From NCBI RefSeq assembly GCF_001194135.2, contig NC_068999.1, forward strand, positions 13,086,106 through 13,150,105: a DNA stretch of 64,000 nucleotides, in the 5' to 3' direction. The position numbers and the translations under genes were made by a program. Below, one piece after another: positions 37,537-51,649 of this stretch (within the stretch, counting starts at the first letter, position 1; each line of letters begins with the position of its first letter). The stretch is from Octopus bimaculoides (lineage: Eukaryota). Under the pieces are notes generated by a model that did not search any database, had not been told where the DNA came from, and was given only the letters and a program-made list of their open reading frames with translations.

Positions 37537-38489
37537 TGTGTGTATTCTTTTATCTACATACATTTATATCTAAAGTATAGGTGGTTGTTAGTGTCAACCA
37601 GCATTGCTAGAAATACGAAGAATCAAAGCATTTCTCGATCACGTGAGAGCACTTCTCGTAAGTGACCATTCTTTCTTATTTTCATCAACGCCAAAAGTGT
37701 TTTTCGCCATTGAAATTAAAATACTGATGTCCTTGATAATGAAGTGAATTATATAGAGGATTAAATTTGAATAAATTATATAATTAGCTCCCTTTTTTGT
37801 CTTATCCAACATTTAGGCACTACTTTTGCTGAGAGAAGTAAGGGCAGTAAAAATGAAGCTTTTTTACCCTCCGGATATCAACAATTAACTGTTGGGAAAA
37901 TTGGGTAAGTTATACACAAATCTATTTTATTCTACGTATATGCGCAAAAAAGTGGGTGGGGGGGTATAAAATACGGATAGGGAGTACTTTAAGCCATGTG
38001 ATCATTTAAGACTATGCAAACAAGTAAACAATGCACTGCAATCTATCCAGCATCCTAACAACTGCAAGGACTTCGCAATCTTGAAGATTTAGCTGTTATT
38101 GCTAGGGATATCATCAAACATGATTGCAGAGATATTTGAAGATAACTTGCCAAATGATTAAGCGACTATTTGAATTCATCTTGGTCTCGGCTCCAAATAC
38201 GTTACAAATTCACAGATAATAATTCACATCGAATCAATGCATGTTTATAGTAATTACAATTGTATATATTCTTCAGGATTCTCTATCAGTATAGCTTGTC
38301 AATTTAATGTTCTTTAATGAGAAATCATTATTTCATGACTCCAATTTACCTTTATTGATGTCAGATATCTTACGAAAGGGAAAATATATAGATGTGATTG
38401 GAAACAAATCGTAACCAATGCCATAGCAGATGTTATTTTCAGAACGATAATATTTGGAACAAGTATCATATAATAACGTAACAGACCTC

Positions 38490-38600
38490 CTGGAAGATAG
38501 CCAAATCGACGCTCTTTATTCGAGTAAATTTAATGAGACTCAAAGGATGAATGACGTAGTTAATTTCTGGAGGGTTGGAACGCAAACCGGGGAGAGTTGA
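38490..38600 (-). mobile_element. Highly degenerate family 2 SINE fragment
   Basis: aatcgacgctctttattcgagtaaatttaatgagactcaaaggatgaatgacgtagtt loosely matches the reverse complement of the family 2 body. Confidence 0.3.
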
Positions 38601-40629
38601 AACCAATAACAAAATGCCTACTGTAAACTACTGTAATGAATCTGACATTTCGGCGCTTTATTTGTTGAATTTAAACGCGGTTTGCTAATAGCGGTGTTAA
38701 GTTGATGGCACCACATGTTCACTTCATGAATCACACTTTACTCTCAGGAATAACAATAATATTTTTATAACAATATGAAAATTACTGAAATACCATTTGG
38801 TCTTTCAGTTCCAATACTAAAGAATAACAAATGGAATCAATAAAGACGCGACAATACTTTAATAATATATTTAAATTCGAATAATTATACAGCAAATGAA
38901 CACGTGTAGGCGAAAGTTTCACAAATATGATATTTATTTCTGGTAACTGTAAACCGAATTACCGAGAATAGAAGCGACGCAGAGACATACAGAATGTCTG
39001 CTTTTCCAACAAAAATATCAACAATTTTATTGACCTTTAACTCCATCAGCGTAACAGAATAACATTTCACATATCAACTTCTTGGTGAATCATAGTTTAT
39101 TTATGATCGGCTCAAGGATTCATATAATGATTATTATTATCTTTTGCTGTAATTCGTCATTTCATTGGAAGAGAGAATGTTATGAGACAAATCAGCAAAT
39201 ATATCAGTCATAGCTTCCAGCATTTGTTCTAGGAAAATTCTGTGCATAATGAGGTAATCATTAAAAAAAAATGTGGTGACAAGCATTTAATGCAAATAGA
39301 ATATTAATGAGAAATAATTGAAAGAATTAGAATTATATAGTAATTAATAAATTGTGCAAATGGAAATATTTTTAAAAATGTATAAAAAAGCGCTGCCTTA
39401 ATAATTTATGATATTAAGATACAATAAACATAGCATAGTCTTGTTTGTTAAAAACATTTTTAGACATTTCTTAACAAATAGGATCAGTTAAGACATCTCC
39501 ATACGTATTTGCACCAAGGATCCGATATTGGGGAATAAACTAAAAAATATTGATATGAAATCAGAAAAAATCTTAATAAATATATTAAATACAGTAAATG
39601 TCGAGTGAAAACATTTAAACTATTGCGATGCCGTATGAAATAAAAAGGTGAACATGGATTTTATGAATAATAAATATGGTGACTATGTCTAGGAAATTAG
39701 TATTCATTGTAGTATAAAGCTTTTGCAACAGAGAAATTAGAATAGTGTATTGATATTCATCAGCAATGAGAGTTTACTCATAATTTCGATATCAACATTT
39801 GACATTTGTTGCCTTCTTTTGTTGTTGTTGTTTTTTTTTTTACTTCATAATTAATTTTAGAATAATTTTTCTAACACGTGAAGAGTTTTGAATAATTTAC
39901 AGCAACAAAACGTGTTTAATATTCTCTCGTTCTTTCACTCCTCATTATTGTTACTACCTTATAAGGAAATCTCAACTAAAGATGTAGTTGAATATTATCA
40001 TATAACAACATAACACTGATTGTCGAAAGAGAATATTTGATAACATGTTGAACCCGATATTACAATGCTTCCCGTTGTCGCTGCCACGCACATTCCAATG
40101 GAAAATACCCAGTAAAACTTGGCGGGTAATATCTTGGAGATTTGTCAAACTCACAACTTACACATCCAGGATGCGTGTAATATAGATCGATCTTACTTTT
40201 ACTACATTAGTGCTAATCTGTCGTAATGTTTGCGTTTGTTCGAATCACTGTCACATCGTACACATTTACCCATGACTATACAATCACACCTTCTTTCGTA
40301 ACCATTGGCAATCAAACGTAATGCACATTTAACTTTTATATATGATGCCAAAATCACTCTCCCTTGGAAATGGATTCCGAACACAAGGTTTATTTGATTA
40401 TGCGACTATCGTTTTGATTATAGATTATACTTAAAATGTAATAATCATTTCATCGTCCATTACACTTTTATCACATTCTACCACTTTTATATGACGCTAA
40501 CAAGGAATGGCTATACCATCAATGAAGACTCTTCCAGCAACGCCTACATGTTGACCAGTGTAAACTATGTGCGTTGAGGAATGACCTTATTCATACCCAG
40601 AAAATACTTCGGAAAAAAAAATGTTTACT

Positions 40630-40765
40630 CTCTGTAAATCTTAGATGCCATCACGGTATAATTCCGATCACTCAAGCAGGAATGCAGTTAGTGCTTCACA
40701 GGAGTGAACCCGAAACCATGTGGTTCGGAAGAAAGTTTTCCACGACACAGTCACATCGACGCACG
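40630..40765 (-). mobile_element. Family 1 SINE head fragment
   Basis: ggagtgaacccgaaaccatgtggttcggaagaaagttttccacgacacagtcac matches the head region at 20375-20440. Confidence 0.6.
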
Positions 40766-41650
40766 TGTTTCTTTAAATTTAGACGATTTCATACACCAAA
40801 AATGGATATAAATATAGGAGATCGTATTTTTTAGGTTACCGAAGGAAACTGACATTTCGGAGGCAAGAAGTGTGACAATGTGTGAAGGGTGCAATATTTA
40901 GAGGAATGGTAATTTTGAATATTATCTCTGATATAGTTTGTATTACACGTTGGGGGATAATCTGTGACAAGAACAGATATTTCTACTTAGGTCATATATC
41001 CCCACAAATACAATCAACACAAGCAGGCAATAACATGTGTGTATGCTTACATGTTCTTTGATTTAAATGGATGTGCAGACGGGTATGTTACAATTTTATT
41101 GCACTAGATAGAGCGCTTTAAGCTATTCACTCTCCGTTATACTGACAGATCGATAAACGTGCGACTAATCTCAGGCAGTAAGAGCACGTTATTGTTAGAG
41201 AATATTTGAGTTCCGTTTTTTTATCTTGTGTTTTGAAACCAAAGTCTATTCTGAACTATTAGCATTGTAAACGTAATACGTGTTACAGAGGGAAAACAAC
41301 AACTGACTTCTGAGGAACTTTTAATGTGTTCCACACTATTGTAAGTAATCGGTCATAACATTCACTTTCAATCATTTCCACGTTCTCTTTCACGGACATT
41401 GGAGGCATTCTACATATTGAGTAAGCATTACCTATATCTGGACTAAGCAATAAAAGAATAGAAGATATTGTGTTATCTTCACAAGGAATAGCACACGAAA
41501 TGGTAATCCGATTTATAGATTTCTGTCTATACAAGATCCAAGGTGTAATATTTCGGGCGGTACGTACGCATAAATTAAGAACATATTCAGCTGTATAAAG
41601 ATATACATGAATATAATCTCTCTCCTTCTGACGCATTCTCCCATCCTCTC

Positions 41651-41710
<60 letters not shown>

Positions 41711-42519
41711 NNNNNNNNNNNNNNNNNNNNNNNNNNNNNNNNNNNNNNNNNNNNNNNNNNNNNNNNNNNNNNNNNNNNNNNNNNNNNNNNNNNNNNNNNN
41801 NNNNNNNNNNNNNNNNNNNNNNNNNNNNNNNNNNNNNNNNNNNNNNNNNNNNNNNNNNNNNNNNNNNNNNNNNNNNNNNNNNNNNNNNNNNNNNNNNNNN
41901 NNNNNNNNNNNNNNNNNNNNNNNNNNNNNNNNNNNNNNNNNNNNNNNNNNNNNNNNNNNNNNNNNNNNNNNNNNNNNNNNNNNNNNNNNNNNNNNNNNNN
42001 NNNNNNNNNNNNNNNNNNATATATATATATATATATATATATATATACGTACATACCTATGTAAGTATGTCTATATGTGGAGGTATGAAAGCATATACGT
42101 TTGTAATCAGATATCATCTCATACAAAGGAAAACATACACCACATGTAATATATTTACGATGGAGCTAATAAGCAATATAACTGAATAAAGAGCAAAGTA
42201 GTTTTATCAAATATACTTTGCTTAATATAATGTAAACCAGCCAATACTCTACTGACATTTGCTTTTACAAGATTAATAAGTTTCCTAATGCCAGATATTG
42301 AATTATGATAATTTTTCATAGTGTTTTGTATTTAATGTATAGTTCGTGCTGCACATAATTTATTATACAGTGATTTAGCAAGCGGTGTAATTATTGATGA
42401 GAATATTTCGTATATAGAACAATGTCTAGTAAGTTAATTATACATTATTCTATTGCCTTTTGTCGTTTTGACAAACTCGCTATTCTCTGAAACTGATTTA
42501 TAGTATTTTATGAAATTTG

Positions 42520-42575
42520 TAGTCTCTACTTTGCGTTTTATCCCTGCGGGTCGAGAACTCAAGTACCAATATAGA
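42520..42575 (+). mobile_element. Short family 2 SINE fragment
   Basis: ctttgcgttttatccctgcgggtcgagaactcaagtacca resembles cttgcctttcaccatctcggagtcaataaattaa at 24490-24523. Confidence 0.35.
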
Positions 42576-44872
42576 CGTTTGAAGCAAACCAATTGAAATG
42601 TTCGCATACGTTTGTAAAACGAAAATCAACAAAAAAAAAATGGATTATGGTAATGCAAGACGAACTTTTTATTTTTCTGAACTTTATGCGGTCTACGAGG
42701 ATACCAGCATTTATGATATAATTTCTCGTGCGAGTCTTTCAACTCTTCAATTATTGGTTTTTCCAACTCTCTACGAGGCAATTATGTTTATGGACCTGTA
42801 ATTGTAGATACTTTCATCTTCTACTATACCAGTCTACGTGCCTTCCATTTTAAACAGATACATTACTTCTCTAACGCAAACGATTCTTTGCTATATCATA
42901 TATAATAGGTATTGACAGTTAAAATCTCAGTAATTAGGAATATACATATAGGTTTGTTTCTTTGTTTTGACTCGTGAATGTATAGCAGTATGAATGGATC
43001 CGGTAATATAACTTGCACCCTCATGGTGCCAGACGAAGAGAATAAAATCTAACAAAAAGAATTGATGATGAAAGAATGTAATATAGAATTATTGGAATAA
43101 TGAAATAAGATTTTCCTTCAGGTAACCTGAAACATGAAAGCATTGGAACATCTAAATTGTACATGATTGCAACATAGTGCTTTTCAAATTTAACAAGCAA
43201 TACATTACACATGTGTACTAAAATATCTCAGAACTATCATGACAAAATACATAAACTATTTACTTAATTCTATGCGAAGAAAGGAGACACATATTTCTAT
43301 GAAGATGTATAAGCATAATTATTTTAAATTCTCAAATAAGAAAGCATGATATATCTGGGGGCATAAATTTTGAATAACTGGATATTTCTTTAGTACAAAA
43401 GTGAAACTCAGTACGCCATGTCTATTGAATTCCGTGGTTCAGATGATTACACTAAGAATAAATGTGTCTTTCTACATTAGAACATATCTGAAAATGAAAG
43501 GCATTTTGGGTAATACATTTCCATCATTATATGAAATTACTTGATATGTGAACGCATTTTTATTTCAATCCTATAGATATAATCCCTAAGAAATTGTAAT
43601 ATCTGATGAATACAAATAAGAATATGGTAGATCACTAATGATGGTAGAAGAACGAAGCAGGTTTTTCATGTGCATATTTTACAGAACGTTTAATTAGTTT
43701 TCATATACGAGTTGCCATGTTCCCTTTTAATCCGGAAAATCATTGTTATCAAGGATTTTCAAATAAAGCATATTTCCATTAAACATTCATTCCAAATTAT
43801 AAAATATTTTGACTGAATACAATATATGTAAACATTTCAAGTGGTGTCTTTTAATATGAAATGCCACTCATTCCCATACTGAAGTTCATATGCCGAACAA
43901 GTGATTAAGTATGCAAAAGTGTATTGAAGAACAAAGGCGTAGAAGTAATGCTTGTCGAAATTAGTCATGCATGTAAATAATTTCACTATAGAAATTTGAA
44001 TGAAAGAGTAAAATGGTTGTCTCTTCCACATGTATTCTATATAAATGTGCGTATTTGTATTCGTGTGTGTGTTTGTGCATGCGCATGTCTGTGTCTGTGC
44101 CTGTATTTGTTTGTGTTTTCCGCTACGTTTAACCGCGTGTATATGTTTGAATATCGTGTACGCTATACCTATTGTAAAATAACAGTAGAGACAACGTAAT
44201 CATCTAAATTTATTTTCGAATATTTTCAGCAATATGGCATTCATCCTTCATGATATAATGCTTCTAAAATGAGAAATTCTACAATATGTTACTATTTTAA
44301 ACAGTTTCACAGCACGGTATCATCTGCCTGCTCGTACTTAGTTGAGCCGAATGACATTGCTAATATTCAACTTGACAGACGTTTCTTTTCTCTGACACTT
44401 CAACAGATATGTAGCTCTACATAGCCGATGGATTATACAAAGAATCCTTCTTCTAGCGCATTTCTTAAAATTTATATATATATATATNNNNNNNNNNNNN
44501 NNNNNNNNNNNNNNNNNNNNNNNNNNNNNNNNNNNNNNNNNNNNNNNNNNNNNNNNNNNNNNNNNNNNNNNNNNNNNNNNNNNNNNNNNNNNNNNNNNNN
44601 NNNNNNNNNNNNNNNNNNNNNNNNNNNNNNNNNNNNNNNNNNNNNNNNNNNNNNNNNNNNNNNNTATGTAGCCTGAGGCCTGAGGTGGGAGGTAACGATA
44701 AGGTCTGTGAAACTTGAAGAATCATTGAATCCGAAGCAAGCCTTTTTGATACATACATACATACATACATACATATAAGCGTACATGTGGAGATCAGCAA
44801 GTTAGACATGTTAACATATAATGCATATTAACACATTAAATGCATGAAATATAGAAAATGTATGTATGCTTA

Positions 44873-45756
44873 CGTTGTCTGATCAATAAGTATCACACAG
44901 CTGTTGTAGCTGAAACGAAGCTAAAGAGCTCAGGGGGAAATCACTTGGCACATATTCACCGTGAACTCTGCTCAGTGTGCGCATTAAGCCTTAAAGTTCT
45001 AGCTCACTTTCGCTGTTAGCGGCAGTGCTTGGAAGTAACGTGTGTAGTGTGTGTTTATCGCATTGACCATGACAGAGAAAGTTGAGCATCAAATTTTGGA
45101 AAAAGCTTAGTGATTTCTGCTCAGAAGTCTACACGACTTCTGAAAAAGTTTTCATCGTTCTTGACATAATCAAGATTTAGTGAAACTGAATTAAACCCGA
45201 GATACGTTTTGGTCCGCAGAAAGCAGTTTTGGTACAACTTTGAAAGACACGCGTCTCATACCTAAATTTTCATTGATAAGAGACTGAACTGAATTCTAAC
45301 TAATCTGAAAATCTGCTGATAAATCACGGATGTTTATTCGATGATTCCCCTCACAGCTGCAGGCACATCTACAAGGTTTTTTCTGTTCTGCTGGTTGCTG
45401 GTTCCCCACAATCTTCGTGAAAGCCGACATTTTGTCGGCCATAGTGGAAACTTTTAGACCACGCGTACGCATGTGTGCGGCTCATACACTCTTCTCCATA
45501 CGCTTTCTGCAAATTTTTGTAGACTTCTGAGCAGGTATCGCCATGAAAACGCTTACTGACATTGTCAATGCGACGATCACCCGCTACAAACGCTACTTCA
45601 AAGCACTGCTTTAAACAGCGGAAGTGAGCTAGAATGTTCATCCTTATGGCACCTGAACACAAGAGGTCACGGTCAATCTGTATTCAGAGGCTATACTGTG
45701 CGTGCTATAGCTTCGCTACTATGGCAACAAGCCTGATACTTATTGATTGAACCTCG
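44873..45756. mobile_element. Non-autonomous mariner fold-back element (884 bp) made of two 5' ends; TA at both flanks
   Basis: Left end TA|CGTTGTCTGATCAATAAGTATC; right end reverse complement TA|CGAGGTTCAATCAATAAGTATC. The minus strand encodes GDTCSEVYKNLQKAYGEECMSRTHAYAWSKSF..NIRDLSADF..ENLGMRRVSFKVVPKLLS..KNDENFF (HTH and linker). The left arm carries MTEKVE on the plus strand. Confidence 0.85.
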
Positions 45757-48402
45757 TATATACAAAGAGTTCCGAATTACACAGAATAGAAACCGTATTG
45801 AAAAATAAAAGGTTTGGTCTTACTTTCACCACTACAGATGTAAGATATCTTCCCTGAAGTCGGAAATTCGTCTCACCCGAGGATGGAATCAACCTACCAA
45901 AATTATTTCGGAAAACCGAGTCTCTACAAACACCTGTTACATTAGTCCCTTTAATACTCGATTTCGTTTGTATTCAGTGTAAGTGGGCGCTATATGTTTA
46001 TAAACATAGTACATTTGTTTAGTATTTCATGTATCTGATATACTTTATAAATTGAGCTGTATAAATTGCTTATCCCTACACTTACTTCTACACGGCTTCT
46101 ACATTTACTTCTACGGCTGACGTCGAAAATCTCCTGAGCACTACGAAGTATATTCTATACAGAGAATATCTGATTCTCATCTATGAACTAAATATATATA
46201 TATATATATATATATANNNNNNNNNNNNNNNNNNNNNNNNNNNNNNNNNNNNNNNNNNNNNNNNNNNNNNNNNNNNNNNNNNNNNNNNNNNNNNNNNNNN
46301 NNNNNNNNNNNNNNNNNNNNNNNNNNNNNNNNNNNNNNNNNNNNNNNNNNNNNNNNNNNNNNNNNNNNNNNNNNNNNNNNNNNNNNNNNNNNNNNNNNNN
46401 NNNNNNNNNNNNNNNNNNNNNNNNNNNNNNNNNNNNNNNNNNNNNNNNNNNNNNNNNNNNNNNNNNNNNNNNNNNNNNNNNNNNNNNNNNNNNNNNNNNN
46501 NNNNNNNNNNNNNNNNNNNNNNNNNNNNNNNNNNNNNNNNNNNNNNNNNNNNNNNNNNNNNNNNNNNNNNNNNNNNNNNNNNNNNNNNNNNNNNNNNNNN
46601 NNNNNNNNNNNNNNNNNNNNNNNNNNNNNNNNNNNNNNNNNNNNNNNNNNNNNNNNNNNNNNNNNNNNNNNNNNNNNNNNNNNNNNNNNNNNNNNNNNNN
46701 NNNNNNNNNNNNNNNNNNNNNNTATATATAGCTTTATTCTCAATACCTGTAGCAGTTTAGCACTATAAATTTTATGTATGTTATAAAGGGATATGTCTAG
46801 AATATCTGTCATTTACAATATACCAATAACGCTATTTTACTACATATTGTAAAAAAATCTACGTCAGTAATACATGATCGTCACTACTTAAATGGTAACT
46901 ATTTGGGACATTATGTTTTAAGAGTTCTTTGATTTCACGTGCTAATCATTTAATCTAATTTGTTCACGAATATATATTTAAAAGAAAATGTTATTGAACG
47001 CAGGTTGTTTTCCTTGTGGGAATTAAAATATATTCCATCTTAAACTCATGAACTTCTGGGTATTCGTGCATTAATGAATTACTGTATAGTGGAACGGAGA
47101 GGCGGAACAACTAGTATTTTATTTTATTAGAGTTCTACATTATAAACTGTTTAATATTTTTATATTTATATTTCTAGCTCATTTTACTTGGAAGCCTCTA
47201 CAGCAAACTTCTATTGTTGTGTCAAGAAATAAGGAACATCCAACAATTGTATTGTATAGCCTGCACCGACAACCATTGTAAGCATACGAAAGTGAAAAGT
47301 GTTTTGTTAGGAATTTTATAAACCTATAATCAACATATGGGCAGAAAGTTAACCCGATATAAAACGTACGTTGAAACCTTTTATTGACGTTCGTTGGTAG
47401 CCCTTACCGTTGTCTATTCAGTCATTAAATCTTTAACACATTTCTAATTTACAGAATGATTAATGTCTAGGGATCGAGAAGGAAATTCGATAGCGTTCCG
47501 TATTGTAGTGTCTTGAGTTCTTTGAAAGCGAATGTTAACGGAAGCAAACAGTAANNNNNNNNNNNNNNNNNNNNNNNNNNNNNNNNNNNNNNNNNNNNNN
47601 NNNNNNNNNNNNNNNNNNNNNNNNNNNNNNNNNNNNNNNNNNNNNNNNNNNNNNNNNNNNNNNNNNNNNNNNNNNNNNNNNNNNNNNNNNNNNNNNNNNN
47701 NNNNNNNNNNNNNNNNNNNNNNNNNNNNNNNNNNNNNNNNNNNNNNNNNNNNNNNNNNNNNNNNNNNNNNNNNNNNNNNNNNNNNNNNNNNNNNNNNNNN
47801 NNNNNNNNNNNNNNNNNNNNNNNNNNNNNNNNNNNNNNNNNNNNNNNNNNNNNNNNNNNNNNNNNNNNNNNNNNNNNNNNNNNNNNNNNNNNNNNNNNNN
47901 NNNNNNNNNNNNNNNNNNNNNNNNNNNNNNNNNNNNNNNNNNNNNNNNNNNNNNNNNNNNNNNNNNNNNNNNNNNNNNNNNNNNNNNNNNNNNNNNNNNN
48001 NNNNNNNNNNNNNNNNNNNNNNNNNNNNNNNNNNNNNNNNNNNNNNNNNNNNNNNNNNNNNNNNNNNNNNNNNNNNNNNNNNNNNNNNNNNNNNNNNNNN
48101 NNNNNNNNNNNNNNNNNNNNNNNNNNNNNNNNNNNNNNNNNNNNNNNNNNNNNNNNNNNNNNNNNNNNNNNNNNNNNNNNNNNNNNNNNNNNNNNNNNNN
48201 NNNNNNNNNNNNNNNNNNNNNNNNNNNNNNNNNNNNNNNNNNNNNNNNNNNNNNNNNNNNNNNNNNNNNNNNNNNNNNNNNNNNNNNNNNNNNNNNNNNN
48301 NNNNNNNNNNNNNNNNNNNNNNNNNNNNNNNNNNNNNNNNNNNNNNNNNNNNNNNNNNNNNNNNNNNNNNNNNNNNNNNNNNNNNNNNNNNNNNNNNNNN
48401 NT

Positions 48403-48433
<31 letters not shown>

Positions 48434-48699
48434 CATATATATATATATGTATATATATGTGTGCACATGTGGGTATTAGTAACTTGGTCAGGCATAGCCA
48501 ACGAAAGTAGATATATGATTTTCGTCCACAACATGTCTGTTCTGAGGTTAGCAGGAATAGCCGTAAGCATGTGAATGCCATTAGGACAGGCTTGTATCTT
48601 AGAGTCTTATGAACTAAAGTTTCGCACATGCAAATGCACACTTCATGAGAACGCGGAATCATAAGCATTATTCACATTATTTACATTATTTATATTATG

Positions 48700-48758
48700 T
48701 ACATTCAACGGATATTTGTCCTCATCAGAAACATGAGGACAAATATCCGTTGAATGTA
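48700..48758. repeat. Perfect 26-bp inverted repeat with a 7-nt loop, inside a wider imperfect palindrome (about 48672-48780)
   Basis: tacattcaacggatatttgtcctcat-cagaaac-atgaggacaaatatccgttgaatgta; the arm recurs at 63189-63216 (27/28 identical). Confidence 0.95.
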
Positions 48759-51339
48759 AAGAATGTAAATAATGCACACAATCCTTCATCTCTTAAATAT
48801 AGAACCGGAATCATATATTCTAAAAGCCTTTTACTTCAACTCGCAATGACAGCTCTCTTAGGTTAGAATGTACGATATTGCTGTAGTTTAGGATCGAAAC
48901 TTATTCGATGTCAACTGTTTATTTTAGTGCATGTTACAGCCAAGATGTCAGAACGAAGTTTAGATAGCACATTATCTTGGTTCTAGAACGCTAATTTGAA
49001 GCCGTATAATCGGCAAGCGTATGTTCATCTTTGAGTGTGCATGTGTAGGCGTACATTTCCATACAATCATATATATGAATATATATATATATACATATAC
49101 ATGCATATAAGTGTGTGTAGGGGGTGTTTCTGTGTGTTTGTATGTGTGTAAGTTATATGTATTTACAAACGTGTACGTACATGTATTTTTATACCTATAA
49201 TTCTTTTTTACTCTATAGTGATAAAACTCGGATTAGTATTTTGAAATTCATTTCGTAATTATTCGCGATAAAAGCCAAATAACTAATCAAACATCACATC
49301 CAAAATTATCAGATGTCAGCCAATTATTAAAATATTAATGTAAAATGAAATTTCAGTTTATCTCTGGGAGAAATGAAAATATAGAGATGATAAGTCTTAA
49401 TGCAAGAAAATAATTTAAACATGCCGTATATTAATACAAGGATCGTGCGTTTAAAATTCAGCATTTACATACATGAGCTATAGAATCAGAACTATATACA
49501 TTCTAATTATCCTTTTACTTGCATTAATAAAGAAACAAATTAACGAAAGTATTTTGCTGGATAAATTTTGTCGAACGTGTTACATTGCGTACGAGGATAT
49601 TGTAATGGTCTATATCATCTACTATATTAATACTCTTATGATTTTTCTCGTTCACAACATATGAATAAGGAAAGTAGGGGTGATAGATGAATAAGGAAGG
49701 AGGGATGATGTCAAACTGGTAGTAGAATGATGGAAATTCTACGGTGAAAAAATATCAGCGTTTCAACTCTGTCTATATATGTGAGTGTATTTAAAAGGAA
49801 TATATCTGGATGTAGGTGTATGTGTGTGTGGGGGGTGTGGGCGTGCGTGTGTGTACTATGGAAGTGAGATGGTGAACATACAACGCTGTAAAGAAAAATC
49901 AAACAGCTTTTCAACTCTGTGTATTTGGTATTTACTTGCCAGCCCCCATATTTAGTCACGGTCGGCTTTATGTGGCCTTAAGTGATAGAAGAAGGAAGAA
50001 AAACTTTTAAATATGTGTGAAGAAAACAAGCAAAGGATGTTAGTTGCAGATAGATTTTTCATGAATTGATTGGTAATAAAAGAATTATCAAACTAAAACT
50101 TGTTTTGTACCGTACTTATATATAAAATACTACAATTAGCCGTCATTTTTGACTCTATTTGCTGAGTATATAAGTCGCTATGGAGACGTGGGAGGAATAT
50201 TTTTTTTAAATTCTGTATTGGTGTAGTTACGTACCTAAATTGGATTTTAAACGGTACTAGCTTGTAGTTAGCTGATGGCAAAAAGACTTTGGTCACTACA
50301 ACGAGTTGGCGTAAAATTTCTATTTGCACTTGCAAAGTGAGTTTTCGACCTTACAACTTGGAACAATCAAATTAAAACAGCATGAATAATGATTAAGTCA
50401 TCTGAATTTCAATTTAAAATAAACACATTTTATAATTAAAACAAACGTGTCTCAAATTGAAGCAAATGAACTGCGATTTAAATTATATGAACTTGAATTG
50501 AAATCAGGTGAACTCTTTTATTAAAAAAAAGAATGAATATTTATTAAAAATATATGATGTTCATATTAAAACATTCAATGTTTAAATGATTATATTAAAT
50601 TTGGACATTATATTCCATACAAATTAGGACATTGGAGATTGGAATATAAAATATTGAAAGTAATTTCATGTACCGTATTGCTTATTATTCCATAACTTAA
50701 AGAACACAGAATGAATAAAAAGATGCTGATGTTCTGCCTATGTTACTCCATATAGTTATATGCAGTTCTTTTGTCTATGTTATTCCATATAGTTAAACAA
50801 AACCAAACAAAAAATTATGATACTAAATCGGCATTTCTCACTGTTAATACGAGGAATCAGAGAAAGCAGGCTATGATGCAATATTTAATGGCCATATATT
50901 TAGTTTTTTCTCAAAATTGATTTAATACATTGTAGAAAATCACACGCCATTGCCACTTTCATGGAGATCCAACAGTTTTTTTTTATAAGCTCTACACTGT
51001 GTGATTTTAATATTACGGCACCGTAAACAACTTCCTTCTCAACAAGGGCTGCATGTATACTCAGATTTTCTCCGATTATAAAATTGTTGGGAAAAAGATC
51101 TATTATAGCGTAACAAATTTGAAAAGACGATTCACAGAAAACTTCCTTCTTTACTTGCCACTCCTGTTCCCAACTTTATCTTAACAACATAAATATTATG
51201 GTAAAATTAGGATATTCGGTCTAAATCTCATATTTGTTGGTGTTTCCTTTTTAGTGGAACAACTTGATGCATTGGTGAACAACTAGTGGCGTTAGAGAAT
51301 ATGAAACGAAGTGTTCCAGTTAACAAAAAGTTAGCTAAC

Positions 51340-51560
51340 ATGAAAGAGAGGAAGCCGGCTGAATAGTGGAAATGAGCTAAGTGTATCATAATGATCCGTG
51401 ATTGGTCTTAAAATGCTGATATCATGACTGATGCTCCATTCTCTGTGAACACTGTAAAGTCTGTAAGACGTAACATGAGCAAGTGTAACGCAGAAAAAGA
51501 AGCCGTTGATAGTAGGAAGAGTCACAGCAGGTGTTCAGGCACCCTAAATTCGTCCGGAGA
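51340..51560 (+). mobile_element. Tc1/mariner-superfamily (maT-like) transposase N-terminal remnant
   Basis: Single frame with stops: MKERKPAE*WK*AKCIIMIRDWS*NADIMTDAPFSVNTVKSVRRNMSKCNAEKEAVDSRKSHSRCS. It resembles an HTH plus RK.H..RS linker pattern recalled from such transposases; unverified. Confidence 0.4.
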
Positions 51561-51649
51561 ACGGAGCTGTTCTCCGCATCTTTTAATAAGGCCTTAATTT
51601 CAATTCAAACGGCTTTCTGAAGCTGTTTTTAAACTGCCTTTAATGCTTG

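Noticed and set aside
48612-48655. Minus-strand CUCAUGA A...GC GAAAC hammerhead-like string next to the perfect hairpin
   Set aside because: Core G5 is mutated and stem I does not pair convincingly; at best a dead remnant.
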